Source: Chloroflexota bacterium (GTDB lineage Bacteria; Chloroflexota; Dehalococcoidia; Dehalococcoidales; UBA2162). From it: a stretch of 39,870 bases of DNA. Of the stretch, positions 18,701 to 26,892 are shown in pieces. The notes below the pieces were generated by a model, which searched no databases, was not told the origin of the DNA, and saw nothing but the letters and a program-made list of their open reading frames with translations. The position numbers and the translations under genes are program-made. Numbering within the stretch: the first letter of the stretch is position 1; the number at the start of each line of letters is the position of its first letter. The stretch is taken from the NCBI GenBank assembly GCA_043797985.1, contig JAZDPB010000147.1:1-39870 (forward strand). The letters run 5' to 3'.

Positions 18701-18748
18701 TAGAGAAGTCATAAAATATCGATAGGAAAAATTACAATAATATGACAT
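18701..18748 (-). promoter_or_regulatory. 48-bp motif copy 3, facing the leftward operon
   Basis: tagagaagtcataaaatatcgataggaaaaattacaataatatgacat; TATCAT on minus strand at 18688-18683. Confidence 0.6.
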
Positions 18749-18765
18749 TTTTACGCCTATTCATA

Positions 18766-18808
18766 AGTGAGAAAAGTCACAGACGCAGGCTACCTATAGA
18801 TTTATAAT
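18766..18808 (+). promoter_or_regulatory. Crp-type class II promoter
   Basis: aGTGA-gaaaag-TCACa centred at 18773.5; perfect TATAAT at 18803-18808 places it at -41.5. Confidence 0.72.
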
Positions 18809-18814
18809 TTAAAG

Positions 18815-18913
18815 ATGGAGGTGAATCGACTGAAGTTCTTTAAGAAAATGAATGTTCCCGAGTTCCTCGATTGCAAAAGGCTCTTAGTTAAGTGGAGCAT
18901 CTGGCGAGGGTAA
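18815..18913 (+). CDS. Putative small peptide (27-32 aa) or sRNA
   Basis: MEVNRLKFFKKMNVPEFLDCKRLLVKWSIWRG*. ATG at the predicted +1, or GGAGGTGA RBS with CTG start at 18830. Promoter upstream and hairpin downstream. Confidence 0.4.
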   Translation: MEVNRLKFFKKMNVPEFLDCKRLLVKWSIWRG

Positions 18914-18943
18914 CCAGAAGGGAGGAATAGTGGAACGAAATCA

Positions 18944-18994
18944 GGGAGCAGACCTCACTAGCTTTTTATCTTAAGAGGTTTGCTCTCCTTTTTT
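18944..18994 (+). terminator. Intrinsic terminator of the small transcript
   Basis: GGGAGCAGACCTC pairs with GAGGTTTGCTCTC (13 bp, two G-U pairs valid only on the + strand), followed by C-T6; loop is long (18 nt). Confidence 0.6.
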
Positions 18995-19018
18995 ATTCCA
19001 ACCATAGCTGATAGCAAA

Positions 19019-19066
19019 ATGACATAGTTTTGTAACTTTTATTGCTGCCATTTTATGACTTTTCCA
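19019..19066 (+). promoter_or_regulatory. 48-bp motif copy 4, facing the nrdJ remnant
   Basis: atgacatagttttgtaacttttattgctgccattttatgacttttcca; TAAACT at 19079-19084. Confidence 0.65.
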
Positions 19067-19140
19067 TTATTCGGTAATTAAACTAATGAGTAATTAGCAA
19101 GGCAAGATTTCTGTTAGAACTCCTAACCACCGTAAACAGA

Positions 19141-19911
19141 ATGGCAGGGTCTGATATGAATAAACCTGAAATTCTACAAATCCGTAAACGAGATGGCTCC
19201 ATAGTCCCTTTTAATCCCGATAAGATTCAACAAGCGCTATACAAGGCACTGGTGGCAACTGGAATGGATGAGGCAGGGTTGGCTGATGAACTGGCGACTC
19301 AGGTGGTAAAGCTCGTTGAGGCGCGGCTCAGCCAGACCACCCCCACAGTAGAACAGGTGCAGGATATTGTGGAAGAAGTGCTGATGAAACGAGGTCACCC
19401 CAATGTAGCCAAGGCTTACATCCTCTATCGCCAGCAAAGGGCAGATGTGCGCAGACTGAAGGGGACCATTGGAGTGCGCGATGATTTGAAGCTCGGTATC
19501 AATACCATCAAAGTGCTGGAACGCCGGTATCTGCTAAAGGATGAAGATGGCAATATCATCGAAACTCCGACAGGACTGTTCCGGAGAGTAGCTCACACCC
19601 TTGCTTCCGCAGAGACCAACTTCAACCCGGTAGCAGACATCGAAAGCCTGGAGCGTACTTTTTTTGAAATGATGAGTAACCTTGAGTTTCTCCCGAATAC
19701 GCCGACACTTACACAAAATATTCACCGGATTTACAGGCTGGCTTACGAACTTAAGTGTAAGGGCATAACCGTATATCGCTATGGCAGCAAGAAAAAACAA
19801 GTCTTGAACCTTGCTGGTCACATACCGGAGATAGCAGCCGAGCCAACGCCATACGTTACCGCTGAATCAGAATATGCTGGAGGTTGCCCTTACGGAACTT
19901 GCCCCTTCTAG
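19141..19911 (+). pseudogene. nrdJ: Class II (B12) ribonucleotide reductase with ATP-cone; large in-frame internal deletion
   Basis: ATP-cone IRKRDG..VPFNPDKI...VEQVQDIVE...VAKAYILYR, VLERRYL, FLPNTPTL joined at ~19710 directly to C-terminal AYELKCKGITVYRYGS...CPYGTC. The NPCGE catalytic core is absent. Confidence 0.88.
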
Positions 19912-19956
19912 AGTGTCTTGAAAAGCTATTTGATGTAGAATAGAAGCCGTACATTA

Positions 19957-19986
19957 TTGAGAATGATGAGGAAAATCGGTTATACT
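19957..19986 (+). promoter_or_regulatory. sigma70-type promoter of the iscS operon
   Basis: TTGAGA-18 bp-TATACT, followed by AAGGAGGTGA RBS and GTG start at 20022. Confidence 0.5.
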
Positions 19987-20021
19987 CTTAACTCGGGGAT
20001 GCTAGATTAAGGAGGTGACAC

Positions 20022-21305
20022 GTGAGGAAGGTTTATTTAGACAATGCAGCAACCACACCGCTTCTTCCTGAAGTCCGTGAGGCTATGATACCTTATCTGG
20101 GTGACATCTTTGGCAACCCGTCCTCACTTCACGACTGGGGAGACGGGGCCCGAGAGGCTATAGATGAGGCACGTACTCAAGTAGCCCAGCTTATCGGTGC
20201 TAATCCTGATGAGATATTATTTACTGGTAGCGGCACAGAAAGCAATAATTTTGCCGTCAAAGGGCTGGCAATGGCACAACAAAATAAGGGTAAGCACGTG
20301 GTCGTTTCCGCTATCGAACATTTCTCCGTACTGTACTCAGCCAGAACACTGGCAAAGTGGGGCTTCGAGGTCAGCGAAATCCCGGTGGACAAATATGGTG
20401 TGGTTAACCCGGATGACGTACAACGTAGCTTGAGAAAAGACACTGTACTGGTGTCCATCATGCATGCTAATGGTGAGGTAGGCACTATCGAACCCATAAA
20501 GGAGATAGCCGAAATAACCAGAGAGCGTAAGATTTCTTTCCATACCGATGCTGTGGCTACAGCAGGGACGATACCCGTTAACGTGGCAGACCTGGGCGTT
20601 GATGCCCTGAGCCTGGCGGGAAACCAGTTTTACGGCCCTAAAGGTGTTGGAGCACTGTGGCTCAGAAAAGGGACACGAATTATGCCGCTACTCGATGGTG
20701 GCATCCAGGAAGGGGGACGGCGCGCCGGTACCGAAGACGTTCCGGCAATTGTCGGGCTGGGCAAGGCAGCAGAACTGAGCAATAATCACATGACAGAACG
20801 GATGAAGCAATTGACCCCTTTGCGTGACCGCTTGCTCAAGGAGCTTTCGGGAAAGATTGAACATACTATTATTACTGGCCACCCGCAAAACCGCTTGCCA
20901 GGACACGCTAGCTTCTGCATAGAGTTTATCGAAGGTGAGTCCATGCTCATGCTGCTAAATAGCAAGGGAGTGGCTGTTTCCAGTGGTTCGGCGTGCACTT
21001 CCCGGGCACTGAAAGCGTCCCATGTGCTCATCGCCATGGGACTGTCTCACGAAATAGCCCAGGGTTCTATCCTCTTTACTCTTGGAATAGATAACACCGC
21101 TGAGGATATAGATTATGTCTTGGAGGCTCTGCCGCCTATCGTTGACCGGCTGCGGCAGATGTCACCGCTTTATGCCAAATTCACTAAAGCCAGTAAAGGA
21201 GGCAAACAAAATGCCAATATACAGCGAAAAGGTAATGGAACACTTCATGAATCCCCGCAATGTCGGGGAAATCGAAAATCCCGACGGTATCGGCGAGGAA
21301 GGTAA
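20022..21305 (+). CDS. iscS: Cysteine desulfurase IscS/NifS with C-terminal read-through tail
   Basis: [44 protein letters not shown]. The PLP loop reads [10 protein letters not shown] rather than SxHKxxGPKG. Confidence 0.92.
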   Translation: MRKVYLDNAATTPLLPEVREAMIPYLGDIFGNPSSLHDWGDGAREAIDEARTQVAQLIGANPDEILFTGSGTESNNFAVKGLAMAQQNKGKHVVVSAIEHFSVLYSARTLAKWGFEVSEIPVDKYGVVNPDDVQRSLRKDTVLVSIMHANGEVGTIEPIKEIAEITRERKISFHTDAVATAGTIPVNVADLGVDALSLAGNQFYGPKGVGALWLRKGTRIMPLLDGGIQEGGRRAGTEDVPAIVGLGKAAELSNNHMTERMKQLTPLRDRLLKELSGKIEHTIITGHPQNRLPGHASFCIEFIEGESMLMLLNSKGVAVSSGSACTSRALKASHVLIAMGLSHEIAQGSILFTLGIDNTAEDIDYVLEALPPIVDRLRQMSPLYAKFTKASKGGKQNANIQRKGNGTLHESPQCRGNRKSRRYRRGR

Positions 21306-21597
21306 TCCTATATGCGGTGATATGATGACCTTCTACATAAAGGTCAAAGCCAACCACCTCGAAGATGTTAAGTTTAAGACTTTCGGTTGCGGGGCTGCCA
21401 TTGCCGTCTCCAGTATGGTTAGCGAGATGGCTAAAGGCAAGACGCTGGACGAAGCGATGAAAATTACTCCACAATCGGTTGCCACCGAACTAGAAGGTCT
21501 GCCCAAGAATAAGTTTCACTGTTCCAACCTGGGCGCTCAAGCCCTGCACAAAGCCATACAGGATTATCGAGAGAAACTGAAAAAGGGAGGTAAATAA
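21211..21597 (+). CDS. iscU: Fe-S scaffold protein IscU/NifU N-domain
   Basis: Start ATG 21211 after AAGGAGG; [35 protein letters not shown]. Confidence 0.93.
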   Translation: MPIYSEKVMEHFMNPRNVGEIENPDGIGEEGNPICGDMMTFYIKVKANHLEDVKFKTFGCGAAIAVSSMVSEMAKGKTLDEAMKITPQSVATELEGLPKNKFHCSNLGAQALHKAIQDYREKLKKGGK

Positions 21598-21598
21598 G

Positions 21599-21805
21599 AT
21601 GAGCAAAAAGCGTGAACCGGTAAAGGAACCCCGTTACTGCCCTTATTGCGCTACGGAGATAGCTGAAGCGGCTTTCCCTTACTGTGAGGCGTGTGATGTA
21701 GAGATTTTTTATTGTCCTAAATGTCATCAACCAGTACCACGGGATAAAAAAACATGTCCCCATTGTGGGGCTGAGATAAAAGGAGAAGTGACTGCGGGAG
21801 GTTAA
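21599..21805 (+). CDS. Double zinc-ribbon small protein
   Basis: Four CxxC pairs (CPYC, CEAC, CPKC, CPHC); RBS GGAGG. Confidence 0.8.
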   Translation: MSKKREPVKEPRYCPYCATEIAEAAFPYCEACDVEIFYCPKCHQPVPRDKKTCPHCGAEIKGEVTAGG

Positions 21806-21809
21806 ACCA

Positions 21810-22292
21810 ATGGCAGAGAAGCAAAAGTTAACCCTCGTTGTCTTCAGCGGCGAGCTGGACAAGGCGCTGGCGGCTTTTATACTGGCGACCACTGGCGCCA
21901 GCATGGGGATGGAAGTCAGCATGTTCTTTACCTTTTGGGGACTAAATATCATCAAGAAGAACGAAGGCAGTATCAAAAGCAAAGGGTTGATGAGGAAAAT
22001 GCTTAATGTCATGAACCGGGGTGGCTCCAGGAGGTTGAAGCTTTCCCGGTTCAATATGCTTGGCTTGGGGACCTGGATGATGAAAAAATTGATGAAGGAG
22101 TCTAACTACCCGACCATAGACGAGTTTATCACTATGGCACAGCAGATGGGGGTAAAAATGATTCCCTGTTCCACATCATGCGGTATTATGGGCCTAGCCG
22201 AAGATGCCTTTCGCAGCGAAGTTGGAAGTCTGGCCGGCGCAGCATATTTCTTGAACGAGGCACGACAATCACAAGTAACATTTTTTATCTAA
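21810..22292 (+). CDS. DsrE/DrsH-like (DsrE2) sulfur-relay/peroxiredoxin-family protein
   Basis: VFSGELDKALAAFILA...MFFTFWGL, IPCSTSCGIMG. Confidence 0.88.
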   Translation: MAEKQKLTLVVFSGELDKALAAFILATTGASMGMEVSMFFTFWGLNIIKKNEGSIKSKGLMRKMLNVMNRGGSRRLKLSRFNMLGLGTWMMKKLMKESNYPTIDEFITMAQQMGVKMIPCSTSCGIMGLAEDAFRSEVGSLAGAAYFLNEARQSQVTFFI

Positions 22293-22325
22293 CCAGCTTC
22301 GTTTCCAACTCAAGGAGGGATAGGT

Positions 22326-22556
22326 ATGAAAGCGGATAAAACCCTGGACTGCGTCGGATTATATTGTCCGATGCCTATTGTCAAAACCGCCCAAAAAATA
22401 AAGGAGCTAAAAACCGGTGAGATACTGGAAGTGGTGGCTGATGATAAGGGCATCAAACAGGATATGCCTGCCTGGTGCCAGTCCACGGGACACGAGTGCC
22501 TGGGAATCGAGGAGGACAGTGGCGAAATCAAGGTCTATGTTAAGAAGACACATTAA
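22326..22556 (+). CDS. tusA: TusA/SirA-family sulfurtransferase
   Basis: LDCVGLYCPMP, EVVADD, DMPAWC. Confidence 0.92.
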   Translation: MKADKTLDCVGLYCPMPIVKTAQKIKELKTGEILEVVADDKGIKQDMPAWCQSTGHECLGIEEDSGEIKVYVKKTH

Positions 22557-22613
22557 TGAACACTCTTTGGGTATAGCATCATCTCTGAAAGGAATGGACT
22601 GAGAATAGAGAAA

Positions 22614-24530
22614 ATGCCAGCATATAAAGTGACCTTTCTACCTGAGAATAAGGAGATTGAGGTAGAGAAAGGTACGACACTGCTCGAGGCGGCCGAGAAA
22701 GCTGGAGTCTTTATTAACAGTGTCTGCGGTGGTGAGGGATTATGTGGTGAATGCCGTGTCCAGGTAGTTAGCGGTAACGCCAAGGCAGATAAACACGCTA
22801 TCGGCTTCTTTTCCAAGGAGGAGATAGTCAGCGGTTATGTCTTAGCCTGCCAGACCGGGGTGGAAGATAATCTGGAAGTACTAATTCCGGCCAAATCCCG
22901 TCTGGAAATGGAAAAGATTATCACTGGAGAGGCACCTATAACCTACTGCGAGCCCGGAAAAGCATCATTACATAGGCTGCCTTGTGACCCGGCTTCTCTG
23001 TTTGAGCCACTGGTTACCAAAGTGTATCTCCAGCTTCCCCAGCCATCCCTCAACGATAATATCTCTGACATAGACCGGATAATCCGGGAGCTGAGGAAGA
23101 AGTTAAACTATTCTTCTTACGAAATATCGCTCGCTTGCCTGCAGGGCTTGGCTGACAAGCTGCGACAGTGCAACTGGAAGGTCACCGCCACTATAGCCAG
23201 GCATAATAATATAGGGCGTGTGATTCAGATAGAAGAAGGTGAAACAACTGATAAGAACTACGGCCTGGCCGTTGACGTAGGGACAACCACAGTGGTCGTC
23301 CAGATGATCGACCTCAAAAACGGCGATGTTATCGGCGTAGAAGCCAACCATAACCTGCAGGCACGCTACGGAGAGGATGTCATTTCCAGGATGATATTCG
23401 CATGTGGACGGGGTTCACTCGACCAACTTCACCAGGCTATAACTATCAACATTAATGCCCTGACCCGAGCGCTAGCTAAGGAAAAGGGTATTAACGCTAA
23501 AGATATTAACTGCGTTGTTGCCGCCGGTAATACCACCATGTCCCATTTTCTATTGGGGCTGATGCCGTGCGCTATACGCCTGGAACCTTATGTCCCCACG
23601 GCTACTGTTTACCCCCAGATACTGGCAAAAGAAATCGGGCTTGATGTCAACCCCAATGCCGTAGTGGAAGTGTTACCCAGTGTCGCCAGCTATATCGGAG
23701 GCGACACTGTCGCCGGTATCCTCGCCTGCGGGCTGGCCGACAGACCAGAAAACAGCTGCCTTATCGATGTCGGCACCAATGGGGAAATCGCCATTGGCAA
23801 TAATGAGTGGATTGTTTGCTGTTCCGCCTCGGCAGGTCCAGCGTTTGAGGGTGGAGGCATCAAGTGGGGCATGCATGCCACCAAAGGTGCCATCGAAAAG
23901 ATACAGGTGAAAGACGGACACGTCAATTATGAGACTATAGGCAAAGCAAAGCCCAGAGGCATCTGTGGTTCCGGGCTTATCGATTGTCTCTACGAGCTGG
24001 TGCGTAACAGAATAATAGGTCAGGACGGTAAATTCAATCCTAATGTCGAAGATAAGCGTATAGTCGTTGGCAATGACGGACCTCAGTATATACTCGCCTT
24101 TCCCGATGAAACGGAAACTGGGCAGCCGGTAACTATCACTGAAACAGATATTAGCAATCTCATCAAGTCCAAGGGTGCCGTCTTTGCTGCTTTCAAGTCT
24201 TTAACTGATTATGTAGGGTTGAGCTTCGACAAGCTGGAAATGGTCTATCTGGCAGGTGGGTTTGGCAGTTCTCTTAATGTTTACAAAGCCATCAATATAG
24301 GACTATTACCTGATATAGATATCAACCGGATTCAATTTATCGGCAACAGTTCAGTCATGGGAGCACGGATGGCTCTTCTTTCTGGCCCCGCCTTTGAAAA
24401 AGCGATAACTATTTCAAAGAAGATGACGAATATCGAGTTGTCCCGATACGTCCCTTTTATGAGTGAGTTTGTGGCAGCACTTTTTTTGCCGCACACAGAT
24501 AGTAAGCTCTTCCCGTCTGTCAGATACTAA
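22614..24530 (+). CDS. ASKHA-domain [2Fe-2S] protein, RACE/RamA-type reductive activator of corrinoid proteins
   Basis: N-terminal CGGEGLCGEC...LACQ, DVGTTTV, YGEDVISR, AGNTTM, DVGTNGE, SAGPAFEG, GICGSG, LAGGFG. Confidence 0.9.
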   Translation: MPAYKVTFLPENKEIEVEKGTTLLEAAEKAGVFINSVCGGEGLCGECRVQVVSGNAKADKHAIGFFSKEEIVSGYVLACQTGVEDNLEVLIPAKSRLEMEKIITGEAPITYCEPGKASLHRLPCDPASLFEPLVTKVYLQLPQPSLNDNISDIDRIIRELRKKLNYSSYEISLACLQGLADKLRQCNWKVTATIARHNNIGRVIQIEEGETTDKNYGLAVDVGTTTVVVQMIDLKNGDVIGVEANHNLQARYGEDVISRMIFACGRGSLDQLHQAITININALTRALAKEKGINAKDINCVVAAGNTTMSHFLLGLMPCAIRLEPYVPTATVYPQILAKEIGLDVNPNAVVEVLPSVASYIGGDTVAGILACGLADRPENSCLIDVGTNGEIAIGNNEWIVCCSASAGPAFEGGGIKWGMHATKGAIEKIQVKDGHVNYETIGKAKPRGICGSGLIDCLYELVRNRIIGQDGKFNPNVEDKRIVVGNDGPQYILAFPDETETGQPVTITETDISNLIKSKGAVFAAFKSLTDYVGLSFDKLEMVYLAGGFGSSLNVYKAINIGLLPDIDINRIQFIGNSSVMGARMALLSGPAFEKAITISKKMTNIELSRYVPFMSEFVAALFLPHTDSKLFPSVRY

Positions 24531-24605
24531 AAATTGCCCGTAAAGAAGGTTACATTATGTCAAATGCTTCGCATGAGAAATACAAGATTGCTCAAACACT
24601 CAACT

Positions 24606-26642
24606 CTACTTAAACAATACTTCAGCTACCAATTCACTGATATCCCTGATATGTAAAGTTTCTTCCGCCCCCTTAGCCTTTACCCCATCTTCAAACATTA
24701 TCAAACAGTAAGGACAGGCAGTTGCCATCAGGTCTACTTTGGCTTCAATCATCTCAGCGACCCTGCGTTCATTGACACGCTGGCTAGGTTCTTCCTCCAT
24801 CCACATGTGACCACCGCCCCCGCCACAACAAAAGCTTCTTGTGCCATGTCGACTGAGTTCCACTCGCTTAAGCCCGCCAATAGCCTTCAAAATATTCCTG
24901 GGCGCTTCGTAAATTGCATTATAGCGCCCCAAGTAGCACGAATCGTGGTAAGCTATCCTCTTATCATTCAATGCCCCGAGTTTCACCTTGGCATCACGAA
25001 TCAAGTCAGCGATAAACTCGGTATGATGAACGACCTCAAAGCTGCCACCAAATTGTGGATATTCGTTTTTAAGAGTATTAAAACAATGGGGACAAGTAGT
25101 TAAGATTTTCTTAACGTTATACGATTTAAAAAGCTCGATATTACTTTCGCAGATGGTCTTAAACAGGTATTCATCACCCATTCGGCGGGCTGGGTCACCA
25201 CAGCAACTTTCTTCATTACCCAGTACCCCAAAGTTAACTCCCGCTGCCTGTAGAATCTTAACCACGGACTTAGCCACATTGGTATTCCGCTCGTCAAGAG
25301 CCGCGGTGCAACCTACCCAATACAGGATATCAATGTCCTTATTCTCCGCAAGCACCTTCAAATTCAAACCATCAAACCAAGTAGTCCTTGTCGCTGTGGT
25401 CCCTCTCCATGGATGTCCCCTGTCTCCCAGGCTCTTGAGCGCATCCTGGGCAGATTCAGGGAATTTGACTCTTACCATAGCCAGATTGCGACGCATATCT
25501 ATTATCTTGTCAACATGCTCGATGTAAACGGGACACGCTTGCTGGCAAGCGCGACAGGTAGTACAGTCCCAGATTACCTCCTCCGAAATTACTTCAGATA
25601 TCATATCTTTCCGTGACTCAACGGGTTTTTTCAGCAGAGGCACCGGGTAAACTTCATAAAGATGGTCTTTTAAGTTCAAGATGACCTGTTTGGGATTGAG
25701 CTTCTTACCACTAAAATAGGCAGGACAATCATCCTGACAACGCCCACAGCGAGTACAGGCATCAAGGTCTAGGAGTTGCTTCCAGGTAAATTCCTCAATG
25801 TTGGATACACCATATAGCTCTGTTTTCTCAAAATCTATAGGATTCAAAGCCCCTTTGGGCTTTAGCGAACGAAAGTATATGTTTAACGGTGACAATAGTA
25901 TATGTTGCAACCTGGAGTGGTTTACCCAAATATAGCCAAGAAGAATAAACGCCGGTATGGTGTGGATTATCGCACGGTGCCATACCAAGATTTCATTCTT
26001 AGCTTCAATCATAAAAGTAGGGAAGATGTGTGAAAGAAGGTAACCTACCGGCGACCACATCGCCCAATCGGTGGGATTAACGTCACTAACAGCAATACGA
26101 TAACCTTTTACCATGAGACCAGTTAATACAATCAATAATACCCAGACATAAACCAAGCTGTCTTCCGGTTTGTTATCCAGACGAGGCGGTCGGACAACAT
26201 ACCTGCGATATACTGCCATACCTCCGCCAATGAGAAGCAGCACCGCACCGACCTCAGAGACCAGAGAAGCATACAGGTATACACTCTGCGGGGGATTGGT
26301 TATACCAGTCAGATATGAAAACAGCCTGACTATCTTACCCAGGATAAGAACTGTGGCTCCACCAAAAATAAGAGCGTGCATTATACCCGGGTAAAGTTCT
26401 TTTACTCTAATAATCCGGATGCTAGCCACCGCTACTGCCATGGTGGTCGCAAGTCTCTTCCACCAATCACCGGAACGGTTATCTGGCTGTCCCAGCTTCC
26501 ACAGTCGGTAGTGACGGCTAAAACCGAAGGCAAAAAGTAGAGCCAGTAAAGGGACAAACACTAAAAAGGCAATTATGACCGGCAGGAAAACTTCTGTTAT
26601 ATAGACTTCCTGACCCGCCCAGAACAGTTCACGCAAAGACAT
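24606..26642 (-). CDS. Membrane FeS oxidoreductase (NarI-like TM + 2x[4Fe-4S] + 2 CCG domains; HdrD/FadF/ETF:quinone-oxidoreductase-like)
   Basis: N-terminal TM helices with His (MHALIF, WHRAIIH, LQH), CTRCGRCQDDCP, CTTCRACQQACP, ESCCGDP, CPHC, YHDSC, FCCGGG, ACPYC. Confidence 0.9.
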   Translation of the reverse strand: MSLRELFWAGQEVYITEVFLPVIIAFLVFVPLLALLFAFGFSRHYRLWKLGQPDNRSGDWWKRLATTMAVAVASIRIIRVKELYPGIMHALIFGGATVLILGKIVRLFSYLTGITNPPQSVYLYASLVSEVGAVLLLIGGGMAVYRRYVVRPPRLDNKPEDSLVYVWVLLIVLTGLMVKGYRIAVSDVNPTDWAMWSPVGYLLSHIFPTFMIEAKNEILVWHRAIIHTIPAFILLGYIWVNHSRLQHILLSPLNIYFRSLKPKGALNPIDFEKTELYGVSNIEEFTWKQLLDLDACTRCGRCQDDCPAYFSGKKLNPKQVILNLKDHLYEVYPVPLLKKPVESRKDMISEVISEEVIWDCTTCRACQQACPVYIEHVDKIIDMRRNLAMVRVKFPESAQDALKSLGDRGHPWRGTTATRTTWFDGLNLKVLAENKDIDILYWVGCTAALDERNTNVAKSVVKILQAAGVNFGVLGNEESCCGDPARRMGDEYLFKTICESNIELFKSYNVKKILTTCPHCFNTLKNEYPQFGGSFEVVHHTEFIADLIRDAKVKLGALNDKRIAYHDSCYLGRYNAIYEAPRNILKAIGGLKRVELSRHGTRSFCCGGGGGHMWMEEEPSQRVNERRVAEMIEAKVDLMATACPYCLIMFEDGVKAKGAEETLHIRDISELVAEVLFK

Positions 26643-26676
26643 TATAATATTCCTTCAACTGTTATTACTTTTCTAT

Positions 26677-26892
26677 TCATGCTGCCGGATAAAACGTAGT
26701 CAAATGGGCGATGAAAAAGACGACAATTATAAGGCCTACTGCCGAAAGCGCCATGACTATAGCTTTGCTATATTTCGGTCCAATTCCCAGGTCGAAAACA
26801 GCGAGTCTAACCCCATTCAATATAGAATAGACTATCGCTGCCAGTATAAGCACTTCAACAATAATGGCAATAGTTCTAATTAATATATCCAT
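26677..26892 (-). CDS. Small two-helix membrane protein
   Basis: 71 aa, two hydrophobic segments, start overlaps the upstream stop (TAATG). Confidence 0.72.
   Translation of the reverse strand: MDILIRTIAIIVEVLILAAIVYSILNGVRLAVFDLGIGPKYSKAIVMALSAVGLIIVVFFIAHLTTFYPAA

Noticed and set aside
1272-19066. 48-bp repeats as a CRISPR array or REP/MITE
   Set aside because: Only four dispersed copies in inverted pairs, with no regular spacers, no cas genes and no target-site duplications.
19067-19140. NrdR box or cobalamin riboswitch upstream of nrdJ
   Set aside because: No acaCwAtATaTwGtg-like palindrome or B12-box is visible, and the leader is short.
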